The position numbers and the translations under genes were made by a program. The notes under the pieces were generated by a model. The model saw nothing but the letters and a program-made list of their open reading frames with translations, made no database searches and had not been told where the DNA came from. This document shows positions 7,728 to 17,862 of a DNA stretch of 51,150 nt, piece by piece. Numbering within the stretch: the stretch's first letter is position 1; each line of letters starts with the position of its first letter. The DNA is taken from the sequence record PX930853.1. The stretch is one strand, 5' to 3'. This DNA comes from a phage.

Positions 7728-10700
7728 TTACCACGTACCAGTAAGCCTACCAATCTGAACACGCAAGCTCCCGTTTGCGTCCCGTACACTTATCGTTTCG
7801 TTGGTCAACTTCATGGCCCCTTCTCCAGATGTAGAACCATAGTTCTCAAATCTGCCGTTTTTATCCAGCCTCCACCCCTGCTGATTAGCAACAAAGTTAT
7901 TCGACTGAATATAATTACCAATCATGGCATTTGTGATGGAACCGTTTTTCACTAGCAGGCTGTTAATGAAAACCTGGTTGTTTTCAACAACGAAAGGCAA
8001 AGTAAACGTACCTCCAGTAGAGCTAGTCATGATCGCGAACCTGTTAGCATCGAACAAGATTTGCGAGATCAGGCCTTGAGAAGATTGCGACAACTGCATG
8101 ATCATGCCTGCGCTGTACTTCTGCCCCTTGTAAGTAAGGCCCAATTTCATAGCGTACTTAGCGCCAACCGAATCAACGTTAGCCCACGAATCAAGTTTTT
8201 CGGCTAGTGCTGATTCAACGTCTCCGAATTTGGCTGTTAAAGCCTGGTCAGCCTGAACCCTTGCCTCTGTCTCATTAGCGATAGCCTGTCTTACTTCTGA
8301 TATGTTCGCCTCAACATCAACCTTGATTGCATCGTTAAGGTCATTAATCTCTTTCGAAAACTTAGCGTCAAGCTGCTGAACGGCTTGCGCACGCGCTTCT
8401 GATTCATTGGTAATGGTTTGCCTTACCTCGCCAATGCTTGCAGCCGTATCTCGTTTTACGCCGTCTATTTCCTTCGTAAATTTAGAATCAAGTTGCTGCA
8501 CTTGAGTAGCTCGCGTCTCTGATTCGTTGGCAATCGCTTCCTGAACGGTTTTGATACTTGAAACTATATCTTCATCAATTGACGCCTTTAACTCTTCGAT
8601 TTGAGTTACTCGCGCCTCCGTTTCGGTAGCAATAAGCTCCAGTGCATGACCATATTCAGCCTTACGCTTTCCGTTTTGTACTCGCGTCCACTTCACATCA
8701 GCATCGTTTGCCAATGCGTTCTGGATGATTGATTGCGCCTGGTCTTTGATTTTGTTGGCACTGTCTATGGCGTTCTCTTTGATTTCTTGACCAGCTTCGG
8801 TATCAAAAATCTTGTCCAGAATGTCGCCTAAAACAGAGTCAACATCATCTGACGCCATGCCACGAACAAAGTCAGTCCAGCCGGAAACGTTGCCTATTCT
8901 GTCAACGCTGCGGATTCTATACCATACAACTTGCCCCGCTGGTAACGTGCCATGCCAATACTCATATTGAGGATACGGGATCAGCGTAAGCAAACTTGAG
9001 TTTTCCACCGTTCCATCTGGCGATTGGTGAAGCTCGATGTAAGCCGTATCTCCTGACCCTTCCGGCATACCCCATTTGACACGAATGCCAAAAACTTCAT
9101 TATCAGAAGCTGTAAGATTAATCGGCGCTCCTGGCTCGCCAACTTTACCTGTCAGGGTTGCGGTTGCAATCTTTGACCACGGGGAAGTGTTACCGCTTGC
9201 AGAAACAGATCTAACCCTTACTTGGTAGTTACCAGAATAAATTCCTTCTACCTCTATCTCTTTGTTAGCTGTCTGCGGTGTATTCAGCCAGTTGCCATCA
9301 CCTTTTCGCCATTGCATTTCATACAATGACGCATAAGGCACTTTTTCCCATGACACAACCATAGTTTCAACGCTGACACCCTGCACGACGCGAGAATAAG
9401 ATGAGATCTGCACGTTCTCAGGCGCTGCCATCACGTCAGGCTGAACAATTGAAGTTGGCCTGTCATCAATGTTTACTCCATAATCAATCTCGTCGTATTT
9501 GTTCGGATCGTACTCTACAGCCGTGATTGAATAGGTAAACTCGTTTTCGTCATCACCCTTGCTGATAGTTGTCACAACGTATTGCTGCAACGCAAGGTCA
9601 GTACGGTCAATCGCAAAAACGGTATCAGGCTTAACATCAAAACCAAATCCAATATTTAACTCAATGGTTTTTCCGTCTGCGCTAACCTTTGAGATCGTGC
9701 GCTTAACTGGCTTACCGTCCGGCTTGTTGATGATAATAAAATCACCAGGACGAGCATCAACCTTAAACGGAACGAAAACCTGCAATCCTGAAACTTCCAT
9801 CACTCGGCCCGATAGGTTTAACGTTAGGTTGCTGCTCTGAAAATTATCAGCGATAGCAATCACATCACCTATTGATGGAATCATCCCCTCCAGTCCAGTA
9901 GCAAAGTTTACAGTAGTGCTTCTAAGGTTTGTTTTCAAAACCCACCGACCGCGACGATTCGCTTCGCTCCTGCGTGTACACCCGATCGCTGTAATGCTTG
10001 TTGGATTGTATCCAAATCGTAATGCCGCCTCAGTATCAAAAACCCCCTCTACGTCCTGTTGATACATGTTTTGTTCGTCGTCAAACGTCACGTTACACTG
10101 CGTGTACATGCTTTTTTCGCTTGCGGTTGTGTACTGAAAATCACCGTTGATGACGTTTTCATTAGTAAACACGTATGATGGATCGCGCGGCTTATCAATC
10201 ACGATTGATAAGCTCTCACCATTCCAAAAGCTCATTCCGCGAAAGATTGAGCAAATGTCACGGATTAGCTGATAAGCCTCAACTTGATTCTGAATCACAA
10301 CATCGCATAGGTAGCGAGGCTCTGTACCGCCTTTACCGTCTGGAACTTTCTGATCACAGTAAACTCCTGCCTCATATAAGCTCCACTTGTCGATCTGTAT
10401 TCCTAGCTCTCGCTGGTCAAGCCCATAACGCTGATTCGTTACCAGATCATAAAGCACCCAAGCAGGATTATTTGACCACGCTTTTTTAAAAGTACCATCC
10501 CATGACCCGTGATATTCTCTTGATATTGGATCGTAGTTGCTTGGCACGTTAATAATCTTCCATTTCTTTTTTATAGAAATGTTAGGGATTTGCGTAGGAA
10601 ACAATTCGCTGTCAAATTCTACGAATACAAGGCCAGTCAGAGGATAACGGAATTTTGCATCCACAACCTCAGCGTAACTTTGCAGTTTGATTTTATCAGT

Positions 10701-11306
10701 CACCTTTGAAGATGTGCTGTCTGGCGTAACTCGTCGAACGCGGAACAATACGCGATCATTGAACTTCGGCAAGTCGATACGGCGACTGCGGTCGTAACCT
10801 GTTCTCGTTTTACCGTTAATGGTGTCCAGCAAAACTTCTTTGTAAGATTCGCCATCAACCGCCATATCAACGGCATATGTGACACTAACACCTACCAGAT
10901 CTCCGTTATCCTCCTGCTTTATGCCAGTTGGCATCAGAATCTTGATTCTGATTGCGGAAAGATTTTTGTTTGTTACAGAGATAATATATGGATTGTCTGC
11001 TGTAATATCTCGCGAAACTGTCACCTCGCTTGATGTGTCAGTAAACCCCTGGATGTAATCTTGCGTCTGTGTGCCTGGTCTATATTCAGCCATTACCCCC
11101 TCATAGTTAACAGTGCCATCGCTGGCAATAACCGGAACATCATCAAGATAAAGATCACGCAACGTGAAATCTGGATCGCACTCGCCATCAGATACAGCCA
11201 GCAAAACTTTAATCTTGTTTATCGAGATCAGGTTATCTTCCATCTCTTTTGGCACGTATGGCTTTTTGCTTCCGCCCTTACTGCCGCTTATCATATATTT
11301 AGCCAT
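7728..11306 (-). CDS. tail tip / central tail fiber protein (lambda J-like host specificity protein)
   Basis: ~1190-aa ORF downstream of tail assembly I-K-L-M genes; N-terminus SGSKGG...KPYVP...DNLISINKIKVLLAVSDGE resembles J-family N-termini. Confidence 0.8.
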   Translation of the reverse strand: MAKYMISGSKGGSKKPYVPKEMEDNLISINKIKVLLAVSDGECDPDFTLRDLYLDDVPVIASDGTVNYEGVMAEYRPGTQTQDYIQGFTDTSSEVTVSRDITADNPYIISVTNKNLSAIRIKILMPTGIKQEDNGDLVGVSVTYAVDMAVDGESYKEVLLDTINGKTRTGYDRSRRIDLPKFNDRVLFRVRRVTPDSTSSKVTDKIKLQSYAEVVDAKFRYPLTGLVFVEFDSELFPTQIPNISIKKKWKIINVPSNYDPISREYHGSWDGTFKKAWSNNPAWVLYDLVTNQRYGLDQRELGIQIDKWSLYEAGVYCDQKVPDGKGGTEPRYLCDVVIQNQVEAYQLIRDICSIFRGMSFWNGESLSIVIDKPRDPSYVFTNENVINGDFQYTTASEKSMYTQCNVTFDDEQNMYQQDVEGVFDTEAALRFGYNPTSITAIGCTRRSEANRRGRWVLKTNLRSTTVNFATGLEGMIPSIGDVIAIADNFQSSNLTLNLSGRVMEVSGLQVFVPFKVDARPGDFIIINKPDGKPVKRTISKVSADGKTIELNIGFGFDVKPDTVFAIDRTDLALQQYVVTTISKGDDENEFTYSITAVEYDPNKYDEIDYGVNIDDRPTSIVQPDVMAAPENVQISSYSRVVQGVSVETMVVSWEKVPYASLYEMQWRKGDGNWLNTPQTANKEIEVEGIYSGNYQVRVRSVSASGNTSPWSKIATATLTGKVGEPGAPINLTASDNEVFGIRVKWGMPEGSGDTAYIELHQSPDGTVENSSLLTLIPYPQYEYWHGTLPAGQVVWYRIRSVDRIGNVSGWTDFVRGMASDDVDSVLGDILDKIFDTEAGQEIKENAIDSANKIKDQAQSIIQNALANDADVKWTRVQNGKRKAEYGHALELIATETEARVTQIEELKASIDEDIVSSIKTVQEAIANESETRATQVQQLDSKFTKEIDGVKRDTAASIGEVRQTITNESEARAQAVQQLDAKFSKEINDLNDAIKVDVEANISEVRQAIANETEARVQADQALTAKFGDVESALAEKLDSWANVDSVGAKYAMKLGLTYKGQKYSAGMIMQLSQSSQGLISQILFDANRFAIMTSSTGGTFTLPFVVENNQVFINSLLVKNGSITNAMIGNYIQSNNFVANQQGWRLDKNGRFENYGSTSGEGAMKLTNETISVRDANGSLRVQIGRLTGTW

Positions 11307-11353
11307 GACTTTTAACCTTTTGTGCTGTTTCTTGGTTTGCACATTATAAATGC

Positions 11354-11379
11354 ACAAAAAAACCAGCGCAATGCTGGTT
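11354..11379 (-). terminator. rho-independent terminator (minus strand)
   Basis: AACCAGC-GCAAT-GCTGGTT stem; T7 on minus strand. Confidence 0.5.
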
Positions 11380-11383
11380 AAAT

Positions 11384-11860
11384 CTACTTTCCGTGGTTTA
11401 TGTGGAATTTGTTTAAAACTTCAATCTCTATCCTCTTTTCTGCCGCATCCTGAAATGAATCAAAGTAAAATTCATGCCTAACACCATCAATCTTTGCTCT
11501 TGCAATCCATTTTCCGCGACTAAAGTTTACCCCAGTAATTCCCGTCTTGCTGTTCCTGTAAAGCGACTTATTCTTGTTGTTAACACTCATTCTAACAAGT
11601 CTTAAGTTTGAAATATTGTCGTTCATTGTGTTGTGATCTATGTGATCAACTTGCATTCCATGCGGTATTTCTCCATTATGAATTTCCCAAACTATCCTGC
11701 TCCTGTAGTATCTTTCTCCATCAATTGATATTCTAACCCTTTCTCCACTCTTCTTGCTTTTGCTTACGCTTCCTGCCTCACTTCATTTCTTTATCCTTCT
11801 TCCTACGTCTACAGCCCAAAATAACTTACCGTCATTATAATAAAAAATATCACGCCACAT
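11384..11860 (-). pseudogene. HNH homing endonuclease (HNH + AP2-like domain) interrupted by single in-frame TGA at 11783..11785
   Basis: One frame reads MWRDIFYYNDGKLFWAVDVGRRIKK-TGA-SEAGS...RYYRSRIVWEIHNGEIPHGMQVDHIDHNTMNDNISNLRLV...; GGAGGTGATC RBS before ATG 11860; track shows only the distal 90-aa piece. Confidence 0.6.
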
Positions 11861-11921
11861 GATCACCTCCTTAATTAATTGTAAAGCGAAAATCCGTTTT
11901 CGCTTTAACATATTGTGCTAT

Positions 11922-12518
11922 TTATGCTTTGTCCTCTGCGTAGCTGCCAGCCGACCAGATCGCGCCGCCTACTGTCCTATATCCATATGGCAAAGGAACC
12001 GGATAGCCTGCCGCCGTGGTATTTACTGCGCCGCCGAAAGCGTAAGAAGGCTTGTTTTCTGCTGATTGGCTTTGCAGTTTCATTCCGCCCTGCTGCGGAG
12101 AGATCATTTGCATGACACCGCCAAGCGCGATAGCACCACCCATCATAAATGCGGAAGATGCAAAAGCGCCCATAGCCGCCAGGCTTGCACCGCCAGTAAT
12201 GAACGCAGTAGCCATAATTACAGCACCAAAAACAACATTGAACAGGCCGCCGGACTTAGAACCAGTTGGAACAGGAACTATTCTAACCTCTCGCGCGCAC
12301 TTCCATGATTTTTCATCATGCTGACCAATGTTTTTACCGTCAACGAATATAGCATACTTCATGCGCGATCCAACTTCGCTTTGCATGTAGTCTTTGAACC
12401 CTTCAACCTGGGAAGATAACGCGCGTATTGCTTCGGGGTATGAGTCAACCGCCATTTTGTGAAAGACGCCAAATCTACGCCCCAGGGAACCAGATAGCTT
12501 AATTACTTTCAATGTCAT
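11922..12518 (-). CDS. tail assembly protein I
   Basis: 198-aa ORF after K; Gly/Ala-rich hydrophobic segment; lambda I-like position and size. Confidence 0.7.
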   Translation of the reverse strand: MTLKVIKLSGSLGRRFGVFHKMAVDSYPEAIRALSSQVEGFKDYMQSEVGSRMKYAIFVDGKNIGQHDEKSWKCAREVRIVPVPTGSKSGGLFNVVFGAVIMATAFITGGASLAAMGAFASSAFMMGGAIALGGVMQMISPQQGGMKLQSQSAENKPSYAFGGAVNTTAAGYPVPLPYGYRTVGGAIWSAGSYAEDKA

Positions 12519-13230
12519 ATTTCAGATCCTTATGTCGGCAAATTTTTACAGTGTGCTCCTGATACCATCCAGAATACAAGTCAATGCGAGATAGCTTTCC
12601 AAACGCATGATGTAATAGCTGATTGTTACCCAAATAAATCCCCGCATGATTCCAGACTGGCGATGATAGCTGCATAATCACCATATCACCAGGTTTTGGA
12701 GGCTCGTTAGTTTCAACAAATCCCTCTTTCAAATAATTATCCTGGTAAAGATTTTCACCATATTCTGACTTCCACCACTCGTAAGGCTTTCGGAAGTCAT
12801 TCAATACTACTCCGTGCTGTTTATGCCATGCCATGATAAGACCCCAGCAATCGAACGACCCCAGCGACCACGGGCGACCGATAAGCGGCCTCTCCTGCGG
12901 CTCGACAATTCTCATATCACCTTCTGGCCATGACACTATAATCCACGACACACCCATTTCATCGCACATACATGAGTCGTGCGCGCTCGGTATCGTGCTA
13001 GCACCATCCCCGCAATGGGAATGCACCACCGCGATTAATTCGCCTTTGTCGAGCGATTCAGCGTATTCTACGGCGTCCATTTCAAAATGATTTTCTGGAT
13101 CGTCATGCACGTTGGTTATGCGGTGATATTTCTGTACCCGTGATTTTTGAGTTATGACGCCGCAAGCCTCTTTAGGGTATTCCTCTTTAACGTGCTGCAT
13201 TATTTCAAGTTTAACTTTTGCACTAATCAT
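12499..13230 (-). CDS. tail assembly protein K (MPN/JAMM + NlpC/P60-like)
   Basis: HSH-x-motif (AVVHSHCGD) typical of MPN domain, Cys/His-containing C-terminal half; start ATG 13230 overlaps L stop. Confidence 0.75.
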   Translation of the reverse strand: MISAKVKLEIMQHVKEEYPKEACGVITQKSRVQKYHRITNVHDDPENHFEMDAVEYAESLDKGELIAVVHSHCGDGASTIPSAHDSCMCDEMGVSWIIVSWPEGDMRIVEPQERPLIGRPWSLGSFDCWGLIMAWHKQHGVVLNDFRKPYEWWKSEYGENLYQDNYLKEGFVETNEPPKPGDMVIMQLSSPVWNHAGIYLGNNQLLHHAFGKLSRIDLYSGWYQEHTVKICRHKDLKYDIESN

Positions 13231-13991
13231 TATTGATTCCTCCGTAGCAGTGACGCCACCGCGCAGCCGCCGAAATCCAATTCGTTTTTCTGACCGAATC
13301 TCAATTTGCAAGCCGTTACAGTTCCGGCGCAATAGTCTTGTGATGGATCTGTTACTGGCTTATTGTCTTTATCGAACATTGCCGATCCGTTATAAGAGCA
13401 ACCCTTTCCGCTCCTGTACCATCCCCTTTGCGCCCAATAGCAAACGCTTTGAGTGATGCGCGGCGGTATCATGATTCCATCCATATCGTAAGGCGATGTC
13501 AGATCAAATTTCGCCACCTCTCTATTATACTGGCTTGGGCGCTCAATGTAATAAACCAATTTTCTGTAAGCGCCACCTTTGATTGCCCCGCCTTCTCCGA
13601 TAAATTCCTTTGCCGTGATCCAGAAAGTCACTTTTGCTTGCATCATGCCATTGTAATTTCTGATCATTGCGCTAACCCTGCTGTCAAGGTTTGACACCAT
13701 AAGCTGAGGCTTATCTGCCCTGCCGTTACTTGTGAAGTTAATCCCGCTCACACCGAAAGGCCGCGCTCCGTAAACCTCACCTTGGAAAATAATATCTTTC
13801 GGCGGCAAGATTCCAGTTTGCTGCGCTTGCATTAATTCTTCGGCAGTATAAGAGATGTTTTCATTGTGAAATCGGTAAATATTTGCTCCGAACTTCGTCC
13901 CGTCAATCTCTACAAGCGTTATAATTTCGCCTGGGTACAAACTTTGTAGGCAGTTCTCAAATTCAACTCTACCTGATTCTTTATTAGCCAT
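13230..13991 (-). CDS. minor tail protein L
   Basis: 253-aa ORF with AAAGGAGG RBS; C-terminal Cys cluster (CYW...C...C...C) as in Fe-S containing lambda L family. Confidence 0.75.
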   Translation of the reverse strand: MANKESGRVEFENCLQSLYPGEIITLVEIDGTKFGANIYRFHNENISYTAEELMQAQQTGILPPKDIIFQGEVYGARPFGVSGINFTSNGRADKPQLMVSNLDSRVSAMIRNYNGMMQAKVTFWITAKEFIGEGGAIKGGAYRKLVYYIERPSQYNREVAKFDLTSPYDMDGIMIPPRITQSVCYWAQRGWYRSGKGCSYNGSAMFDKDNKPVTDPSQDYCAGTVTACKLRFGQKNELDFGGCAVASLLRRNQ

Positions 13992-14018
13992 TTTCTACCT
14001 CCTTTTTGCTCATTGTAA

Positions 14019-14040
14019 CATCAAGAAAAAAGCCGCACAA
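14019..14040. terminator. bidirectional hairpin between M and L genes
   Basis: AGCCGC-ACAAA-GGCGGCT with A-run/T-run flanks. Confidence 0.45.
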
Positions 14041-14054
14041 AGGCGGCTTTAAAA

Positions 14055-14405
14055 TTACTGCATTGATGTAAATTGTTCCGTAAAAGTGGCTTTTACTTCC
14101 TGAACGGTTGGCGACAATGGGGTAAGTCCGACGCTACCGCTTTTCACCCTAAACAATCCAGGGCTTCCATCTGGCATGATCCACAAGAAAGGTTTTAGCC
14201 TGTGCTCATTCAGGAACTTGACAACATCTCTGTAATCAAGCCCAGCGTAAACAATGCTAAACTCTCGCCGGATTGTGTTAAAACCTCCAGATGCTACCTG
14301 TGTGTATCCGTTACCGAATGCAATCTCTCGATCGTTATTCGATGACGTCATTGCCCCGCCTCCGTTCTGAACCTGCGTACACCACTTAAACTGATCCAGC
14401 TTCAT
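14055..14405 (-). CDS. minor tail protein M
   Basis: ~116-aa ORF immediately after tape measure stop (TGA 14408-14410); lambda M-like position. Confidence 0.65.
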   Translation of the reverse strand: MKLDQFKWCTQVQNGGGAMTSSNNDREIAFGNGYTQVASGGFNTIRREFSIVYAGLDYRDVVKFLNEHRLKPFLWIMPDGSPGLFRVKSGSVGLTPLSPTVQEVKATFTEQFTSMQ

Positions 14406-14407
14406 TA

Positions 14408-17089
14408 TCAACCTCGCTTGCTCATAACAAATTCGTAAACCTCCCCGCCCTGCATACAGGAACGTTTAATCATATCAGTAAAGATCATCTTAACACCAGT
14501 TTCGATACCCTTCGGATCGTTGCCGTTATTGATGCTAACATCAATCCCACCGATGTTAAATTGAGGTGCTCCACCAGTGACAGCTCCACCGCCAGTATAG
14601 CCGGAACTACCAACCGCGCCTCCGTTAGCATAGCCTCGCATCATGCGGTACAAGTTGCCTACCCCGATACGCTGCGTCGCCTCCTTCGTCATGACAAATT
14701 CACCTTTATGGACAATTCCGGCTGGCTCATACTTCCCGCCGTCGCCAGTGTATCCACCGCCAGCAAATCCGCCAATGTTCTTAAGCAAGCTCCCCATCGT
14801 CCAGGTTTGACCACCCATCAGGCCAGATAACGCATTAAAGACAACCATTTTCGTGATCATCTGAATAATCATTTTGATGATAGCCGTCGAGAAGTCTTTA
14901 AAGTTTGCCTTGCCAGTAGCGATAAAATTCGCTAATTGGTTTGTAAGGCCGTTTAACGCCTCGCTTGCGATCTGCTGAACATTGCCATAGGCATTGTTTG
15001 CATCTTCCGCGAATAGCTCCCATGCGTTTTTTGCTCCTGCCAACCAGTTGCCTTGAACCTCATCCTGTGTCTGATAATACTGCTTAAGTTTCGCCTCCAT
15101 TTGCTGAAAAACTTCATCGCTAACGCTTCCTCCTTGCGCCTCGTAGTCGGTGCGCAGCTTGCGTAACTCTAGCTCACGCTCGATCTGCTTTTCAGTGTAG
15201 CCAAGTTGCTTAAGGCCAAGCACATCAATAGCCGCCTGCGTTTCACGGATAAACTTAATGCTATCTTGCTCCAGCTTGTTTTTGCGCTCCTGCAAAACAA
15301 TCTGATCCCCTAATTCAGCCTTTTGCCTTGCCATTTCCAAAACGGATTTTTGCTCATTTAGTAGCGCCTGTTCCGCTCCGGTCAATTTACGCTTACTCTG
15401 CGCATCCTCCAGGATCTCGATCTGCTTTTCGATGCTCCATAAAGATTTACGCTGGCGAGAAATAACATCATTAACAGTGCGATGCTCTTTAAGCGTTTCC
15501 AGTTGCGCTTTTAAAACGTACAACTCTTTATCAAGCTGCTCAGTCGGGCCGCGAACTATTCCGCCTTTAGCCTCTTTCTTTTTCTGCTCCTGCTTCTTGA
15601 TCTCCTCAAGCTCTTTGCGTCTGAACTCCACGTTTTCAGCCGCACGCTTTTTCAGTTCTTCATCAGCCGAACGCGCCACGCCCTTCTGATCTTCAATGGC
15701 TTTGTTTAAAGCCTCCTGTGCTGCTCTCACTCTGTTCAAGGCCAGGTTTTCTTTGTCGATGCGCTCCGCTCGTTCAGCCATGTCCTTATTAGCATCTTTT
15801 ACGACCTTTCCAATGTCTTCATAAGTGTTAAGTGCAAACTTAAGCATAGGATTAACATAGCCAAGCTCTTTACCTAACAGGCCGCCGGACGGGGAAGCGT
15901 AATCACGCTTCGCTTTCAAAACTTCATACCACGACTCGCCCAACTCAAGGATTTTATTTTTGTGGTTTGCAATGTCGTTATTCAGGCCAACAAAGCTAGA
16001 TGCGCCTTTGTACTCGTTGACTTTCTTTTTTGCGTCATCATAAGTCATGCCAACGTCAACCAGTTTTTTAATCGCCTCGCTCGCTCCGTCTTTCGTGGTG
16101 ATGTAAGCCTTTGCCAGATCTTCGGCGCTTTCGCCTGTCTTGTCGGAAAGCTCCTGGATTCCGGTAGCAATCTTTTCGGCAAAATCACCAGTCAAGCCAG
16201 TTGTTTCCTGAACGGTTTTTTTAATTGCCTCAAACTCTGCCTGTGTTTTGTAGGCATTATATGCAGCAATTGCCAGCGTGCCGGAAAGCAAGCCAAACGC
16301 CACGTTTACCGGATTCAGGAAAGATAGCAACGCTTTTAAAGCATTGGATGCGCCACCAAAAGAATCCTTAATCTGTCCACCCTGCTGGATTGCTACCAAC
16401 CAAACGGGCATACCAGAAGCAAGTGAAGTCACCACGTCTGTGATCTGCATTGGCAATAGCTTCATTGCTTGATTGTATTGGCCTGTAGAAATCCCAAGTT
16501 TTTGGATCTGCTTTTCCTGCTCTTTCAGTCTTGCGATGTAAGGTGCTGCCTCCTGGCTAACTCCAAGCTGTGCCGCTTTCATTTCCAGCAATTCAGACTT
16601 GCTTTTTCCGGCTGCTTCTTCCTGCTCACGCAAAGCCTGGATGAATTTTTTAGCCTCTTCCGCTGCACGCGCTTTGTTCTTTGATTCCTCAAGCGCCGCG
16701 CGGCCTTCCTCTGTCATCGCTTTTTTGGTTGCGATCAGCTTGTTTTGCTGTGTCTCAAGAATTGCCCCAAGCTCAAAAAAAGTCTCATCAGGAACAATGC
16801 CCTTTTTCCATAGCGCATCAAGCTGTGTCGCTGCCTTTCGCAGCTTATCCATCTTTGACGCGGTGGGATCAATTGACTCCTGGATTTTCTTAAATTCTGC
16901 TTTCTGGCGCGCTAGTTCTTCGGCAAACTGTTTAGCTTGCTGTCGCGCCACAACCTCAGAATCAACAAATTCATTAACGCTTTTTTTTGCGTCGTCGTTT
17001 GCCTTCTTGAATTGCTGCAATGATTTAACAGCATTGTTGACCTGCGACACGTCAACGCCTAGCGTTAGGCCAGCGTATTTCTCAGCCAT
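14408..17089 (-). CDS. tail tape measure protein
   Basis: 893-aa ORF, long coiled-coil with Gly-rich C-terminus; GGAGG RBS; between chaperone G/T and M. Confidence 0.85.
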   Translation of the reverse strand: MAEKYAGLTLGVDVSQVNNAVKSLQQFKKANDDAKKSVNEFVDSEVVARQQAKQFAEELARQKAEFKKIQESIDPTASKMDKLRKAATQLDALWKKGIVPDETFFELGAILETQQNKLIATKKAMTEEGRAALEESKNKARAAEEAKKFIQALREQEEAAGKSKSELLEMKAAQLGVSQEAAPYIARLKEQEKQIQKLGISTGQYNQAMKLLPMQITDVVTSLASGMPVWLVAIQQGGQIKDSFGGASNALKALLSFLNPVNVAFGLLSGTLAIAAYNAYKTQAEFEAIKKTVQETTGLTGDFAEKIATGIQELSDKTGESAEDLAKAYITTKDGASEAIKKLVDVGMTYDDAKKKVNEYKGASSFVGLNNDIANHKNKILELGESWYEVLKAKRDYASPSGGLLGKELGYVNPMLKFALNTYEDIGKVVKDANKDMAERAERIDKENLALNRVRAAQEALNKAIEDQKGVARSADEELKKRAAENVEFRRKELEEIKKQEQKKKEAKGGIVRGPTEQLDKELYVLKAQLETLKEHRTVNDVISRQRKSLWSIEKQIEILEDAQSKRKLTGAEQALLNEQKSVLEMARQKAELGDQIVLQERKNKLEQDSIKFIRETQAAIDVLGLKQLGYTEKQIERELELRKLRTDYEAQGGSVSDEVFQQMEAKLKQYYQTQDEVQGNWLAGAKNAWELFAEDANNAYGNVQQIASEALNGLTNQLANFIATGKANFKDFSTAIIKMIIQMITKMVVFNALSGLMGGQTWTMGSLLKNIGGFAGGGYTGDGGKYEPAGIVHKGEFVMTKEATQRIGVGNLYRMMRGYANGGAVGSSGYTGGGAVTGGAPQFNIGGIDVSINNGNDPKGIETGVKMIFTDMIKRSCMQGGEVYEFVMSKRG

Positions 17090-17107
17090 TTTAAAACCTC
17101 CAGATAT

Positions 17108-17129
17108 TAAAAAAGCGCCTTGCGGCGCT
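17108..17129 (-). terminator. hairpin attenuator between T frame and tape measure gene
   Basis: AGCGCC-TTGC-GGCGCT stem followed by T-run on minus strand. Confidence 0.4.
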
Positions 17130-17763
17130 TATGTTTTGTTTGAATGAATCATTTCTAGCGCCTTTTGTTCCATGATGCGCAAATCATTTAGCGCCATCTC
17201 CCGATCCTCAATCTTGTAAATGTCAAAAAGCATAGGCAAAACGTTATAGTCGAACCCATACACACTGCCGATAGTCGATCTCCATTGCGTTTGCATAGCG
17301 CAAAACAGATCCCAAGATTGAAACATTGATTCATCAAAAATTACCTCCGGCGGCTCCTCCCCTTCGTAGTCTGAACGGGATAGGCCGACGGCCTCTAATT
17401 GTGCGTCAGTTGGCGGCTTGAGGTAAAACAGGTAAACCGCCCGCTTTAGTTTTTTACCCGCTGCCCCGCAAGTGCTTTCATATAATGACCAGTCAGCGAT
17501 AATGACGCAGAAGGGTAATAATCCAGCAATTTAGCAACATTTTCCTCGTTAAATTCATCTTCCAGATCCCAACCAGAAGCAAGGAAGGTGATCATTTCTA
17601 CGTCGCTCATCGGCTTTTCTGCCGTGTATCGTTCGTGAATCTCGCTTGCCTTCTTGTGGCGCACGGTAAAAACAATAACTTGCTCATCACCATTTGGAAG
17701 CACAAAAGAAACAGGTAGCTTAAAATCAGGCAGTGGGCCTAACGTTAGTTTCATCTTTGCCAT
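17129..17763 (-). CDS. tail assembly chaperone G-T fusion via -1 programmed ribosomal frameshift
   Basis: Slippery heptamer A AAA AAC (17455..17449, minus strand) at end of G; -1 frame open with no stop to 17129. Confidence 0.6.
17446..17763 (-). CDS. tail assembly chaperone G
   Basis: 105-aa ORF between major tail protein and tape measure; AAGGAGA RBS. Confidence 0.7.
   Translation of the reverse strand: MAKMKLTLGPLPDFKLPVSFVLPNGDEQVIVFTVRHKKASEIHERYTAEKPMSDVEMITFLASGWDLEDEFNEENVAKLLDYYPSASLSLTGHYMKALAGQRVKN
17449..17455 (-). other. -1 frameshift slippery site AAAAAAC
   Basis: In-frame X XXY YYZ heptamer two codons before the G stop. Confidence 0.55.
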
Positions 17764-17777
17764 CTCAAGATCTCCTT

Positions 17778-17797
17778 ATAGCACTTTTTGTTAAAAG
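17778..17797 (+). promoter_or_regulatory. conserved intergenic box, oriented opposite to flanking late genes
   Basis: ATAGCACTTTTTGTTAAAAG; TAGATT hexamer ~22 nt downstream; faces the 3' end of the major tail gene. Confidence 0.3.
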
Positions 17798-17837
17798 TGG
17801 AATTGATTTATTTGATAGATTGATTTTACAGGAATGA

Positions 17838-17862
17838 AAAAAGGGGCGCAACGCCCCTTGTT
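17838..17862. terminator. bidirectional terminator after major tail protein gene
   Basis: AGGGGCG-CAA-CGCCCCT stem with A6 upstream and TTGTTTT downstream. Confidence 0.6.

Noticed and set aside
9559-11349. Several 60-100-aa plus-strand ORFs within the J gene region
   Set aside because: All lie antisense inside the 1192-aa tail tip gene; no RBS and no independent support.
16599-17147. 182-aa plus-strand ORF (Ser/Ala-rich) and other antisense ORFs inside the tape measure gene (14561..14830, 15432..15689, 15962..16327 and others)
   Set aside because: Entirely antisense to a well-supported 893-aa gene, low-complexity composition, no RBS; typical shadow ORFs.
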